The notes: generated by a model not told the origin, from the sequence alone. Numbered from the stretch's first letter, positions 1-10,429 are shown. The stretch: DNA of 64,000 nt from Candidatus Saccharimonadota bacterium (GCA_025934715.1 JAICWR010000001.1:8387-72386), one strand, 5' to 3'. Program-made: numbers and translations.

Positions 1-2
1 CG

Positions 3-500
3 TTGGGCAGCGGCTTGAGCCAGGCGGCCGGAATGGCGCTAGGTCTGCGCATGGATAAGCAACAGCACCGTTGGGTTTATGTGGTGATGAGCGACGGGGA
101 ACAGGACGAAGGCAATATTTGGGAGGCCGCCATGCTGGCCGCCAAATATAAGCTCAATAATATAATTGCCATCACCGACCGCAATAACATCCAAATCGAC
201 GGGCCGACAGAAAGCGTTATGCCACTCGAAAACCTGCGGGACAAGTGGGAAGCCTTCGGCTGGCACGTGTTGGAGATAGACGGCAATGATATAGAAGCAG
301 TGATAGACGCCTGCCAGATGGCTAAAGCCATCGTCGAAAAACCGGTCATGATCATCGCCCACACCGTGCCTGGTAAAGGCGTTGATTTCATGGAATACGA
401 TTTTCACTGGCACGGCAGCCCGCCTAATCATGAGCAAGCAATTAAAGCCCTGAAAGAATTACGAACCTTAGGCGGTAAGATCCGGAGCGAACATGAATGA
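3..500 (+). CDS. transketolase, N-terminal (TPP-binding) subunit; 5' end runs off the window
   Basis: The frame is open from the window edge. The translation (..VVMSDGEQDEGNIWEAAMLAAKYKLNNIIAITDRNNIQIDG..) looks like the N-terminal half of split transketolases. It overlaps the next subunit gene by 8 nt. Confidence 0.9.
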   Translation: MGSGLSQAAGMALGLRMDKQQHRWVYVVMSDGEQDEGNIWEAAMLAAKYKLNNIIAITDRNNIQIDGPTESVMPLENLRDKWEAFGWHVLEIDGNDIEAVIDACQMAKAIVEKPVMIIAHTVPGKGVDFMEYDFHWHGSPPNHEQAIKALKELRTLGGKIRSEHE

Positions 501-1473
501 GCTGCATCTAGCCACCCGCCAAAAGGAGCCGGAACCGATCCGGCGCGGTTTTGGCATGGGCCTGTTGGAAGCCGGCAAAGCGAATGAAAATGTGGTTGGC
601 ATTTGCGCGGATTTGACTGAATCGACCAACATGCACTTTTTCGCCGAAGCTTTTCCCGACAGGTTTATCGAAGCCGGTGTGGCCGAGCAAAACTTGGTCA
701 CGGTTGGCAGCGGCCTGGCGGCGGTGGGCAAAATCCCCTTCGTTAGCAGCTATGCCGCCTTTAACCCTGGCCGCAACTGGGAACAGATCCGCACCACTAT
801 TGCGCTGAACGACCAGCCGGTAAAGATTGTCGGCTCGCACGCCGGGTTATACACCGGCGCCGACGGCGCCACCCATCAGATGCTGGAGGACCTTTCAATT
901 ATGCGGGCCATGCCCAATATGGTGGTGCTGGCGCCCTGCGATAGCGTTGAGGCCCTAAAAGCCACCATGGCCATGGCCGCTGACAAACGGCCGAATTACC
1001 TCCGCGTAACCCGCGAAGCCACGCCGGTCATAACAACCGATCATACGCCGTTCCAGATCGGCCGGGCTTACATTTTCCGCGATGGACGTGATGTCAGCCT
1101 AGTGGCCACCGGCACCATGACGGCTAAGGCCATGGAGGCCGCCAAAATGCTAGCTAAAGACGGCCTGCAGGCTGAGGTTGTCCATGTGCCCACGATCAAA
1201 CCGATTGATTACGCGACAATTCTAAAGAGCGCCGAAAAAACTAGGCATGTCGCGACCATTGAGGAGGGCCAAATAAATGGCGGACTGGGCGGGGCTGTGG
1301 CAGAGCTGCTGGGCGAGAACCTTCCAACCCCGCTTTTACGGGTCGGTATGAACGACCATTTCGGCGAATCCGGCAAACCCGACGAATTATTAAAACATTT
1401 CGGCCTGGACGAAAACCACATCGCCATGGCCGCCCACCGATTATTAATGGACCACTCTAACCATAAGCACTAA
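493..1473 (+). CDS. transketolase, C-terminal (pyrimidine-binding) subunit
   Basis: 326-aa ORF with motifs typical of the transketolase C-terminal half (FIEAGVAEQNLV, SHAGLYTGADGATHQ). It is coupled to the upstream subunit gene. Confidence 0.9.
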   Translation: MNELHLATRQKEPEPIRRGFGMGLLEAGKANENVVGICADLTESTNMHFFAEAFPDRFIEAGVAEQNLVTVGSGLAAVGKIPFVSSYAAFNPGRNWEQIRTTIALNDQPVKIVGSHAGLYTGADGATHQMLEDLSIMRAMPNMVVLAPCDSVEALKATMAMAADKRPNYLRVTREATPVITTDHTPFQIGRAYIFRDGRDVSLVATGTMTAKAMEAAKMLAKDGLQAEVVHVPTIKPIDYATILKSAEKTRHVATIEEGQINGGLGGAVAELLGENLPTPLLRVGMNDHFGESGKPDELLKHFGLDENHIAMAAHRLLMDHSNHKH

Positions 1474-2384
1474 TGACAGCAGATTACGCTAAAGCTAAAA
1501 AAGATTGCGCGGCCGCCCGCGAGGCTTTTGAACGGGCCCGCAAAGGCCACTACGCCCTGGGAGCTTTCAACCTGGACAACCAAGAAACCCTGAAAGCGGT
1601 TGTCCAAGCCGCCAAAAGGAAGAACGCGCCGGTGCTGGTCGAGGTTAGCCACGGCGAGGTGGAAGCCCTCGGCTTGGATAACGTCCGCGACATGGTCGAT
1701 AATTACAAAGCGGACTACGGCGTGGAGATGTATGTGAATCTTGATCATAGCCCTTCGGTGGAAGCCGCCATTGCCGGCATAGCCGCCGGCTTTGAGTGCA
1801 TCCACATCGATATTTCGCAAGCTAACCACGATGCCACCGACGAAGAGATAATCGCCGACACCAAACAAGTTGTCAAAGCCGCTAAGATGACTGGGGCCAT
1901 GGTCGAAGCCGAACCGCATTATTTTGGAGGCTCATCCAACTTCCACCCTGAAAAAATTGATTACGAGGAAATTAAAAAGACCTTCAGCACGCCCGAGGGT
2001 TCTAAAGAATTCGTCGAGGCCACTGGCATAGACACTTTCGCCGCGGCGATAGGCAACCTGCACGGCAAATACCAAGTCCCCAAGCGGCTAGATTTGGATT
2101 TGCTCCGGGAAATACGCGCCGCTATTGGTTGCAACATCTCCCTGCATGGCGGGAGCGACACACCCGGGCATTATTTCGTGGAAGCCGTTAAAATCGGCGT
2201 GACCAAGGTGAATATCAATAGTGATATGCGTTATGCCTACCGCGAGACGCTCGAAAAAGTACTTCAAGAGAATAAAACCGAATATGCCGTGGTAAAGCTC
2301 ATGGATGAGGTAATCGCGGCTGTGCAAAAGGTCGTTGAAAGCAAGATCGACACCTTTAATTCCGCTGGCAAAGCCCGCGTTTAA
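1473..2384 (+). CDS. fba: class II fructose/tagatose-bisphosphate aldolase
   Basis: 303-aa ORF with family-like N-terminus (..YALGAFNLDNQETLKAVVQAA..), NLDHS and LHGGS motifs. Its ATG overlaps the upstream stop (TAATG). Confidence 0.85.
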   Translation: MTADYAKAKKDCAAAREAFERARKGHYALGAFNLDNQETLKAVVQAAKRKNAPVLVEVSHGEVEALGLDNVRDMVDNYKADYGVEMYVNLDHSPSVEAAIAGIAAGFECIHIDISQANHDATDEEIIADTKQVVKAAKMTGAMVEAEPHYFGGSSNFHPEKIDYEEIKKTFSTPEGSKEFVEATGIDTFAAAIGNLHGKYQVPKRLDLDLLREIRAAIGCNISLHGGSDTPGHYFVEAVKIGVTKVNINSDMRYAYRETLEKVLQENKTEYAVVKLMDEVIAAVQKVVESKIDTFNSAGKARV

Positions 2385-2439
2385 GCGGTAAAATAAGCGT
2401 AAGTATGATGCTAATAAAAAACGGGCAAACCGGTTAAAT

Positions 2440-3447
2440 ATGTCACAAAAACAACTCGATGTCTTATCGGTCGGCGATGTCGTCATTGACGCATTCATAA
2501 AATTGCTGGACGGCGAAGAAAAGCTGGTTAAAGACGGCGACGGCTTTGACCTGGCCATCCCGTTCGGCACTAAAATACCCTTTGACCATGCCGATGTGGT
2601 CCCAGCGGTCGGCAATGCCAGTAACGCTTCGGTGGCCTTCGCCCGTTTGGGCTTGGGTTCAGGGCTGGTCAGTAATATCGGCAATGACGATAACGGCCGG
2701 CAGATCCTGGCCCGTCTAAGTGAAGAAAAGGTGGATGATCGTTTCGTCCATGTCAACCACGGCAAAAAAAGCAACTACCACTATGTGCTTTGGTACAAAG
2801 ACGACCGGACAATTTTGATTAAACATGAAGAATACGATTACCATTGGCCGCGGTTCCGCATAATCGACATCCCAAAGTGGATTTATTTCAGCTCTATCAG
2901 CGAACACGCCATGGAATACCATGACGAAATGGCCGCCTGGTTGGAGTCGCATCCGGCCGTCAAGCTGGCTTTCCAGCCCGGCACCTTCCAGATAGAGGCC
3001 GGCACCAAAAGGCTCAAGAAAATATACGAACATAGTGAAGTTTTAGCCGTGAACCGCGAAGAAGCCACCGAGATTTCGCATGGCGACCACCATGACATCC
3101 ACGACTTGTTTGATAAGCTGCACGCTCTCGGCCCGAAAATCGTGGTGATCAGCGACGGGCACGCCGGCGCCTACGCCAGCGACGGCGCCCAGTGTTACAA
3201 AATGCCGATTTACCCGGATCCTAAACCGCCGTATGACCGTACCGGCGCCGGCGACGCCTTCACATCAACGTTTGTGGCTGCCCTCGCCAAAGGGGCCGAT
3301 ATCCAGGGAGCTTTGCTTTGGGCCCCCATAAATTCGATGAGTGTCGTCCAGAAAGTCGGCGCCCAAGCCGGGTTGCTGACCCAAAAAGAATTGGAAAAAT
3401 ATCTACGGGAAGCGCCTCATTGGTACCACCCCGAAAGGATCAAATGA
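2440..3447 (+). CDS. PfkB-family carbohydrate kinase
   Basis: 335-aa ORF with the C-terminal PfkB signature DRTGAGDAFTSTF and a ribokinase-like N-terminus. Confidence 0.8.
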   Translation: MSQKQLDVLSVGDVVIDAFIKLLDGEEKLVKDGDGFDLAIPFGTKIPFDHADVVPAVGNASNASVAFARLGLGSGLVSNIGNDDNGRQILARLSEEKVDDRFVHVNHGKKSNYHYVLWYKDDRTILIKHEEYDYHWPRFRIIDIPKWIYFSSISEHAMEYHDEMAAWLESHPAVKLAFQPGTFQIEAGTKRLKKIYEHSEVLAVNREEATEISHGDHHDIHDLFDKLHALGPKIVVISDGHAGAYASDGAQCYKMPIYPDPKPPYDRTGAGDAFTSTFVAALAKGADIQGALLWAPINSMSVVQKVGAQAGLLTQKELEKYLREAPHWYHPERIK

Positions 3448-4484
3448 GCCAGCGCATTGCCAGGCTTTTAGATGAGCCCGAAACAAGGGTGGCCAAACTA
3501 GTTTCTAAAATGGAAGATAACAACGGCTACCCCAGCCATGATGCCAGGTTTTTAGCTGAAACAATCCAAAAAATCCGGTCTAAATTAGCAGATTTAAACC
3601 TGGACCCTGATGACACCACGGCTGAGGAGCTTCATCATGCCTTACAGGTTAAATTCGAGCGCGACAGCCAATTGTTCGATGAATATTTTGGCGCTCTAAA
3701 TTTGGATTTTGGCCAAAAAGTCGCCAAAGCAGAGAGGCTATTAGAAGCCTACTCCAAAGAGGCGCGCCAGTGGGGCCTAAAAAATAAATTCGCCAAAGAC
3801 ATATTGCGCAGCCTTCCGCCTAAAAGACTTATGAAGCACTTAAATTATCGCTCTGCAGAATCCATGCTAAAAAGAGAAGACCTGGCCGAAATTTATCTTG
3901 CCGCTAGCCGGCTGGAATCAAATAACTGGCTGAAAGCCCACAAACGGCTGGTTTCCAAACTCGACCAAACCGCTTTCGAAATAAGGAATGTCAAACTTAT
4001 GAACCTGGATGCCAAAAAGTGGGAAAGTATAGCGGCTCCAGCAGGCTTCATGGTTCAAAATGAGGAAATTGCCGCCCTGGGCGTGTGGCCGTCGGAAGCA
4101 GCCCAAAAAGCGTCCCTGCTAAACTTGGTCTTAATGCTGGCTGACACTCTCGGGCAATACGCTGATGTCAGGGCTTCACGAGCCGCCGCCCACCTAAACG
4201 GGATCGTGGCATGGTGGGCGGACATGGACCATTTAGTCGCTGAACTTTATAATGAGCCGGTTTCGCTGAACTTAAAAGACTGTTCAGCAAATTGTCTGAA
4301 CGGGGACGCTTTCGAATCCAGAAGCCTAGAGCACGGGCGCAAGGCTTTTTGGCAAGAATTAGTCAGCCGATACGAAAACCTCCCGGACATTGACGGTCTG
4401 TTTGACGAATCGGTTAGGCGAAAAATTGCCGGCCTGAAATTAGCGGCGCCTGAACCGGCTTACGAATTCGTGGAGGATTTTTAG
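3444..4484 (+). CDS. hypothetical protein (346 aa), no family recognised
   Basis: The long ORF in the track starts at 3318 but overlaps the PfkB gene. The in-frame ATG at 3444 overlaps the PfkB stop (ATGA) and is the more likely start. It abuts the next gene with no gap. Confidence 0.6.
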   Translation: MSQRIARLLDEPETRVAKLVSKMEDNNGYPSHDARFLAETIQKIRSKLADLNLDPDDTTAEELHHALQVKFERDSQLFDEYFGALNLDFGQKVAKAERLLEAYSKEARQWGLKNKFAKDILRSLPPKRLMKHLNYRSAESMLKREDLAEIYLAASRLESNNWLKAHKRLVSKLDQTAFEIRNVKLMNLDAKKWESIAAPAGFMVQNEEIAALGVWPSEAAQKASLLNLVLMLADTLGQYADVRASRAAAHLNGIVAWWADMDHLVAELYNEPVSLNLKDCSANCLNGDAFESRSLEHGRKAFWQELVSRYENLPDIDGLFDESVRRKIAGLKLAAPEPAYEFVEDF

Positions 4485-5054
4485 GTGGGCAAATATCAGA
4501 TATGCGTGTCCGGCGCCGCTAAAGGAGAGAGCGCTCAACAGGGAAAAGAACTGGCCCAGGCCGCTGGGGCGGCTATCGCCAAAGCCGGCCACAGCCTGAT
4601 GACCGGCGCTACCACCGGACTGCCCAACGAGGCCGCTATAGGCTATAAGAAAGCCGGCGGCGGCATGAGCCTCGGTATCAGCCCGGCATCCACCAAGGTG
4701 GAACATGTCTTAAAATATCGCCTGCCCATCGGGAGTTACGACTCTATTTTGTATAGTGGCTTGCACTACTCAGGCCGCGACGCGCTCCTGATAAATTCGG
4801 CTGACGCCGTGGTAAGCATTGGCGGCCGGCTGGGCACCCTGCATGAATTCACGATTGCCATGGAAACCCACACTCCATTCGGCCTCCTGCACGGCGCCGG
4901 TGGCGTCGGTGAACAGATTGAGATGCTACTAAAAATACTGCCAAACGCCGACCCGGACCTGGTTGTTGCCGACAGCGACCCCGACAAGCTGGTAGAAAAA
5001 CTGACCAGGATGCTTGATAAGACCCACGCACAGTATCGCGACCTCTATAAATAG
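4485..5054 (+). CDS. LOG/TIGR00725-like Rossmann-fold nucleotide-binding protein (SLOG superfamily)
   Basis: GTG start immediately after the upstream stop. N-terminal ICVSGAA and the GGRLGTLHEF motif (PGGxGTxxE-like) are typical of the LOG/DprA-related family. Confidence 0.7.
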   Translation: MGKYQICVSGAAKGESAQQGKELAQAAGAAIAKAGHSLMTGATTGLPNEAAIGYKKAGGGMSLGISPASTKVEHVLKYRLPIGSYDSILYSGLHYSGRDALLINSADAVVSIGGRLGTLHEFTIAMETHTPFGLLHGAGGVGEQIEMLLKILPNADPDLVVADSDPDKLVEKLTRMLDKTHAQYRDLYK

Positions 5055-5093
5055 TTATTGCATTTTTACAACAGCTTACTTATGTTTAGAAGT

Positions 5094-5681
5094 ATGAAGA
5101 AAAATCAAAAAGGCATTGCCCTAATCGAAACACTACTCATAATCTTAATATTGGTAATAATCGGCTTTGGCGGCTACTATGTATGGCACACCCAGAAGCA
5201 AACAGACAAAATACTTAATCAGGCAGCCGCAACCAGCCAAAAAACGACTGCCACTAAGCCGGCGCAAAAGTACTTCACAATAAAAGAATGGGGCGTAAGA
5301 GCGGCATATAACGGAAAATTTACACTCAATTATACTATTCAAGATAATGGTACCGAACCGGCCCTCGCATTATTTAGCTCAAAACAGCTCGAGGCCTCAG
5401 ATTCTGCTTGCAGTGCCAACAATGGAGATGGAGGTATTGTTCAGAGATATCGGTCGACTGATGAAATTTTCCTTGAAGACGGCACAGACAGTAAACAGTC
5501 GGCTGCTGATTTTGCAAACACATTAAACAAGTCAGATTATGGCCATGCGGGCAACTACTACTATTTCTTTAAAGGACCACAAGCCCAATGTGGGGTTAGC
5601 CAAAACAGCGGTGATATTCAGACCCAGACGGTAGGTACGGTTAAAAGCCTTCTGGCGAAATTGCAGGCCATACCTCAGTAA
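5094..5681 (+). CDS. type IV pilin-like protein (prepilin-type N-terminal signal)
   Basis: MKKNQKG|IALIETLLIILILVIIG has a G cleavage site, Glu at +5 and a hydrophobic helix. The track ORF starts at TTG 5058, but ATG 5094 gives the canonical short leader peptide. The region is low in G+C. Confidence 0.65.
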   Translation: MKKNQKGIALIETLLIILILVIIGFGGYYVWHTQKQTDKILNQAAATSQKTTATKPAQKYFTIKEWGVRAAYNGKFTLNYTIQDNGTEPALALFSSKQLEASDSACSANNGDGGIVQRYRSTDEIFLEDGTDSKQSAADFANTLNKSDYGHAGNYYYFFKGPQAQCGVSQNSGDIQTQTVGTVKSLLAKLQAIPQ

Positions 5682-5704
5682 TTTCTTCTTGCTACAATTA
5701 GGGG

Positions 5705-7663
5705 ATGGCTAAGTTCGGGCTTAAGAGTGATTATAAGCCGATGGGCGACCAGCCCGCGGCGATTGCCGAGCTGACTAAAGGTCTGGAGAAAGGCGAGAAG
5801 AACCAGGTCCTGCTGGGTGTGACCGGCAGTGGCAAAACGTTCAGTATGGCCAATATAATCCAAAATACCCAAAAGCCCACGCTTGTCTTAAGCCATAACA
5901 AAACGCTGGCGGCCCAGCTTTATAACGAATTCCGGCTGTTCTTTCCGAATAACGCCGTCCATTATTTTGTCAGCTACTTCGACTATTACCAGCCGGAAGC
6001 TTACATGCCGCGCACGGACACATATATCGAGAAAGACAGTGATATTAATGAGGAGATTGACCGGCTGCGCCATGCGGCCACGGCCGCCCTTTTGAGCCGC
6101 CGGGATGTCATAATCGTGGCCAGCGTCAGCTGTATTTACGGCATCGGCTCGGTTGAAGACTATGAGGGAATGTCCATCCATGTAAAAACCAATGAGCGCC
6201 GGGTCCGCGATAAGCTGCTGCGCCAGCTGACTGATATCCAGTACCGCCGCAACGACATGGACTTCCACCGCAGCACCTTCCGGGTCAGGGGAGACGTGGT
6301 TGATATCTTCCCGGCCAGCGAAGAGTCCGCGTACCGGCTAGAGTTCTTTGGCGACGAGCTGGATCGAATCACTCAAATAAATCCGTTAACCGGCGAGATT
6401 GAGAAAATACTCAAGCAAGTTACTATTTTCCCGGGCAGCCACTACGTGACACCGCACGAAAAGCTTTTGAAGGCACTTGAGTATATAAAAGAAGAAACCA
6501 CCGAACGACTGGCATTGTTCCAAAAACAGGGCAAACTGCTGGAAGCCCAGCGTTTGGAACAGCGCGTTAATTTTGACGTCGAGATGCTCGAGCAGACCGG
6601 CTTTGTGAAAGGCATTGAAAATTACAGCCGCTATTTGACCAACCGCGAGCCGGGCGAACAGCCGGCGACCTTGCTTGATTACTTCCCGGATGACTATCTG
6701 ATGTTTATCGACGAATCGCATATGACCATCCCGCAGGTGCGCGGTATGTACCACGGTGATAAAGCCCGCAAAGAAGTGCTGGTTGAACATGGGTTCCGCC
6801 TGCCGAGCGCGCTGGATAACCGGCCGCTGACCTTCACCGAGTTTGAAAAGCACATGAATCAAGTACTTTATGTCAGCGCCACGCCGGCTGAGTACGAACT
6901 GACCCGCAGCCCGGAGCCGGCCCAGCAGATTATACGGCCCACCGGTTTGCTAGACCCAGTCATTGAAGTCCGGCCGGTTGAAGGCCAGATTGACGATTTG
7001 ATCGCCGAAATCAAATCAACGGTTGCAAAACAACAGCGGGTGTTAGTGACAACTCTTACCAAAAGGATGTCCGAGGACCTGGCGGAATATCTGCAGGAGC
7101 TAGGTATAAAAGTGGCTTACATCCACAGCGAGATAGATACACTGGAGCGGACGGACATCCTGCGCGACCTGCGACTAGGTGTTTATGATGTGCTGGTCGG
7201 CATCAATCTGCTGCGCGAAGGCCTCGATTTGCCCGAAGTCAGCCTGGTGGCGATACTAGATGCCGATAAAGAAGGCTTCTTGCGTAGCGAGCAGGCCCTG
7301 ATTCAAACTGTCGGGCGGGCCGCCCGCCATGAGGAGGGGCGCGTCGTAATGTACGCCGACGTCATAACTGGTAGTATGAAACGGACAATTGACGAGACCA
7401 ACCGCCGCCGAGAAGTCCAGGATAAATATAACAAGAAGCATGGCATCACGCCGCGCGGCATCAGCCGTGAGGTCGGCGAAATGCTGCCGAGGGAGGCCAA
7501 AGAGGAAAAACCAAAGCTCGACCTGCGCAAAATTCCCAAAGACGAATACAGCCAGCTTATTAACGACCTCACATCGCAGATGCATTTGGCTTCTGCCAAC
7601 TTAGAATTCGAAAAAGCCGCAGAACTACGCGACCTGATTGCCGAAATCAAAGAAAAATTGTAA
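5705..7663 (+). CDS. uvrB: excinuclease ABC subunit B
   Basis: 652 aa with Walker A GVTGSGKT, helicase motifs and the C-terminal UVR motif (FEKAAELRD). Confidence 0.97.
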   Translation: MAKFGLKSDYKPMGDQPAAIAELTKGLEKGEKNQVLLGVTGSGKTFSMANIIQNTQKPTLVLSHNKTLAAQLYNEFRLFFPNNAVHYFVSYFDYYQPEAYMPRTDTYIEKDSDINEEIDRLRHAATAALLSRRDVIIVASVSCIYGIGSVEDYEGMSIHVKTNERRVRDKLLRQLTDIQYRRNDMDFHRSTFRVRGDVVDIFPASEESAYRLEFFGDELDRITQINPLTGEIEKILKQVTIFPGSHYVTPHEKLLKALEYIKEETTERLALFQKQGKLLEAQRLEQRVNFDVEMLEQTGFVKGIENYSRYLTNREPGEQPATLLDYFPDDYLMFIDESHMTIPQVRGMYHGDKARKEVLVEHGFRLPSALDNRPLTFTEFEKHMNQVLYVSATPAEYELTRSPEPAQQIIRPTGLLDPVIEVRPVEGQIDDLIAEIKSTVAKQQRVLVTTLTKRMSEDLAEYLQELGIKVAYIHSEIDTLERTDILRDLRLGVYDVLVGINLLREGLDLPEVSLVAILDADKEGFLRSEQALIQTVGRAARHEEGRVVMYADVITGSMKRTIDETNRRREVQDKYNKKHGITPRGISREVGEMLPREAKEEKPKLDLRKIPKDEYSQLINDLTSQMHLASANLEFEKAAELRDLIAEIKEKL

Positions 7664-7673
7664 AGTATAATTT

Positions 7674-8309
7674 ATGATGAGTTTGGAGCAAGCGCTCGAC
7701 ACTACTAATTTTGAGCTGAATTTTGGCGAGTACATCCAAGCCATTCGAGATCTCAGAATACTGGGACTAAGCGCCCTAGCCGGCTACTTTGAAGATAAAT
7801 TCCAGCCTGATTATCCTAACTTTGTGCGAGCTCGATGGTGCAGGGTAAAAAATATCGTGCCACAAGACCATGTCTCCAGAGAGGCAGGAAAAAGGCCAGA
7901 TTGGAAAACTGTTAACCCGAAGACGGGTGGAGGACGGATATCGAAAACTAAGGACATGGCCGTTATTTTAGGGACCGAGACTGCATATGAGGATTTTACC
8001 TGGGAGCACGATAGGTGGGATATGCTGCCTGCTGCTGTATTTTCGTACAGGGGAGTAGCTCGTGTGGGAATTCTTCCTGGTAGCTTTGGACAGTTAGACA
8101 ATTATCGCAATGCAGTGGCGATGCTTATCGGCAGGAATCAATTTGAAGCCGCAATGGGTACTATGTACTTAAGAATAAAAAACCACGGTGAATCGAAATA
8201 TCCTAGCCGTGCGGATTTTCGCTTTGGCACGCTATTCATTCCAAATGGGATTGAGCTATTAGATGTGGTAAAAGCTGATGAACTGCCAGAGACCGTCCCC
8301 TTAGTTTAA
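7674..8309 (+). CDS. orphan hypothetical protein (211 aa) inserted between uvrB and gatC
   Basis: Stop-free 636-nt frame in DNA of lower G+C than its neighbours (~45% in one sampled 60-nt line). No family recognised. A TATAAT box at 7666..7671 lies just upstream. Confidence 0.55.
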   Translation: MMSLEQALDTTNFELNFGEYIQAIRDLRILGLSALAGYFEDKFQPDYPNFVRARWCRVKNIVPQDHVSREAGKRPDWKTVNPKTGGGRISKTKDMAVILGTETAYEDFTWEHDRWDMLPAAVFSYRGVARVGILPGSFGQLDNYRNAVAMLIGRNQFEAAMGTMYLRIKNHGESKYPSRADFRFGTLFIPNGIELLDVVKADELPETVPLV

Positions 8310-8339
8310 CTGGTTTTTTTGTTATAATACACCTAAGAT

Positions 8340-8630
8340 ATGGCAAAATTAACAAGGGATGATGTCTTAAAATTGGCCGCTCTTTCAAAGCTTAGGCTTA
8401 CGGAAGAAGAGGTGGAAAAACTGCGGGGCGAGCTGTCGGAGATTTTGGACTATGTGGAACAGTTAGATAGCGTGGACACCAGCGGTTTGGAGCCGACATA
8501 TCAGGTGACGGGATTAAAAAATGTGATGCGGCCAGATGAAACTCGTGATTATGGTTATAAAACAAAGGACTTACTGAAAAATGCCCCGGCTGTCCAAGAC
8601 GGACAGTTCAAAGTGAAGAGGGTGCTTTAA
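8340..8630 (+). CDS. gatC: Asp/Glu-tRNA amidotransferase subunit C
   Basis: 96 aa with a typical GatC N-terminus (..VLKLAALSKLRLTEEEVEKL..LSEILDYVEQL), directly followed by gatA. Confidence 0.9.
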   Translation: MAKLTRDDVLKLAALSKLRLTEEEVEKLRGELSEILDYVEQLDSVDTSGLEPTYQVTGLKNVMRPDETRDYGYKTKDLLKNAPAVQDGQFKVKRVL

Positions 8631-10028
8631 GTGTCTATAGCCGAGCTTGCCAGCCAGGTTAAAAGCGGCCAAAGAAAAGCGGCTGATTTGGTTGATGAAT
8701 CGCTCAAAGCCCTGGAAAATAAGAAAGAATATGACTTTTTCATCAGCGATGTGGCGGACCGGGCCCGATCCAGGGCAGCCGAGGTTGATATGCAGCCGTT
8801 CGGCCGGCTGGCCGGCGTACCGTTTATAGCTAAGGATAACTTCTTAACATTCGGCGGCAAAACCACCGCTGCCAGCAACATTTTGCGTCCGTTCGATGCG
8901 CCGTACCAAGCCACGGCAATTGAGCGGCTGGAAGCTGAAGGGGCTATTTGCGTGGCCAAAGCCAACCTGGACGCCTTCGCCCACGGTTCCAGCACCGAAA
9001 ATAGCGATTGGTTCACTACCAAAAACCCGCACGACAAATCACGGGTTCCCGGCGGCAGCAGCGGCGGCTCGGCGGCGGCCGTGGCGTTAGGCGTCGTGCC
9101 TTTCGCTTTGGGCACCGACACTGGCGGCTCAATCCGTTTACCCGCCAGTTTTTGCGGAGTTGTCGGCTATAAGCCGACTTACGGATTAGTCAGCCGGAGC
9201 GGCGTTATCGCTATGGCCAGCAGCACGGATGTGGTCGGCCCCCTGGCAAAAAGCGTCGAAGATGCCGCCCTGGTCTTGGAAGTGATGAGCGGACGTGATG
9301 AGCTCGACAGCACGACCATCGACAGGGATGAAGCGCCATACATCAACCTGGAAAATGAAATCAAAGGCAAGAAAATCGGTGTCGTCCAGGAATATATGTC
9401 CAAGGGCCTGGAGCCAGACGTTAAAAAAATCATCGATGAATCAATAGAAAAATTCCGTCAAGCCGGGGCAGCGATTGAAGAATCCAGCATGCCCAGCCTG
9501 CCGCTGGCGCTGGCGGTCTATTATATTGTCTGTCCGGCGGAGGTCAGCAGCAACCTTAGCCGCTATGACGGCCAGCGTTATGGATTTAGCGCCACCGAAG
9601 CTAAAGATCTTGATGAGAGCTATGAGTTATCGCGCGAGCAAGGCTTCGGCGCCGAAGCTAAGCGCCGGATTATGATAGGGACGCATGTTTTAAGTAGTGG
9701 TTACTACGATGCATATTATAAAAAAGCCCAAATCGTACGCACCAAGATTATCAATGAGTTTGAACGAGCTTTTGAGAAGTATGATTTTTTGGTGGGGCCG
9801 GTGACGCCCAATGTGGCTTTTAAAATCGGCGAAAGGTCGTCAGACCCGCTTCAGATGTATCTCTCGGATATCATGACGGTCGCCGCCAATATGTCGGGCA
9901 ACCCAGCTATCAGCGTTCCGGCTGGTACGAGTGACGGCTTGCCCGTGGGATTGCAGATTATCGGACCAATGCGCGGCGACCGCGGATTGCTAGGTGCTGC
10001 CAGAGCCTTTGAGGGACTAAACCGATGA
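8631..10028 (+). CDS. gatA: Asp/Glu-tRNA amidotransferase subunit A
   Basis: 465 aa with the amidase signature GGSSGGSAAAVA..GTDTGGSIRLPA. GTG start abutting the gatC stop. Confidence 0.95.
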   Translation: MSIAELASQVKSGQRKAADLVDESLKALENKKEYDFFISDVADRARSRAAEVDMQPFGRLAGVPFIAKDNFLTFGGKTTAASNILRPFDAPYQATAIERLEAEGAICVAKANLDAFAHGSSTENSDWFTTKNPHDKSRVPGGSSGGSAAAVALGVVPFALGTDTGGSIRLPASFCGVVGYKPTYGLVSRSGVIAMASSTDVVGPLAKSVEDAALVLEVMSGRDELDSTTIDRDEAPYINLENEIKGKKIGVVQEYMSKGLEPDVKKIIDESIEKFRQAGAAIEESSMPSLPLALAVYYIVCPAEVSSNLSRYDGQRYGFSATEAKDLDESYELSREQGFGAEAKRRIMIGTHVLSSGYYDAYYKKAQIVRTKIINEFERAFEKYDFLVGPVTPNVAFKIGERSSDPLQMYLSDIMTVAANMSGNPAISVPAGTSDGLPVGLQIIGPMRGDRGLLGAARAFEGLNR

Positions 10029-10429
10029 TTGGATTTTTGGTTGGCATCATCGTTTTTGGGCTACTCGTTTTGTGGCTGCTGGCTAGGTTCAAACCACGGC
10101 AGGCGGCCAGGATAGACCAAGAGTATTTCCAGCAAAAATGGGCTGAATTGTTACTGAGGGTCAAAACTCCTGAAGGCATGATGCTGGCGGTTATTGACGC
10201 TGATAAACTGCTTGATGAGGCTTTGAAAAAGCACCACCTCAAAGGCAAGACGATGGGCGAAAGGCTGGTGTCTGCCCAGCGCCTACTACACGACAATGAC
10301 GCGGTTTGGTTCGCCCACAAATTGCGTAATCGTTTAGTCCATGAACCGAACGTCAAGCTTAAACAAACTGAGGCCAAAAATGCTCTGGCTGGGTTTAGGC
10401 AGGGACTAAAAGATCTTGGGGCGCTCTGA
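10025..10429 (+). CDS. small membrane-anchored hypothetical protein (134 aa) between gatA and gatB
   Basis: N-terminal TM helix (IGFLVGIIVFGLLVLWLLA). Start overlaps the gatA stop and stop overlaps the gatB start. Confidence 0.6.
   Translation: MIGFLVGIIVFGLLVLWLLARFKPRQAARIDQEYFQQKWAELLLRVKTPEGMMLAVIDADKLLDEALKKHHLKGKTMGERLVSAQRLLHDNDAVWFAHKLRNRLVHEPNVKLKQTEAKNALAGFRQGLKDLGAL

Noticed and set aside
3318-3443. N-terminal 42 codons of track ORF 3318..4484.
   Set aside because: These codons lie entirely inside the PfkB kinase gene in another frame. The in-frame ATG at 3444 overlaps the PfkB stop in a typical coupling arrangement.
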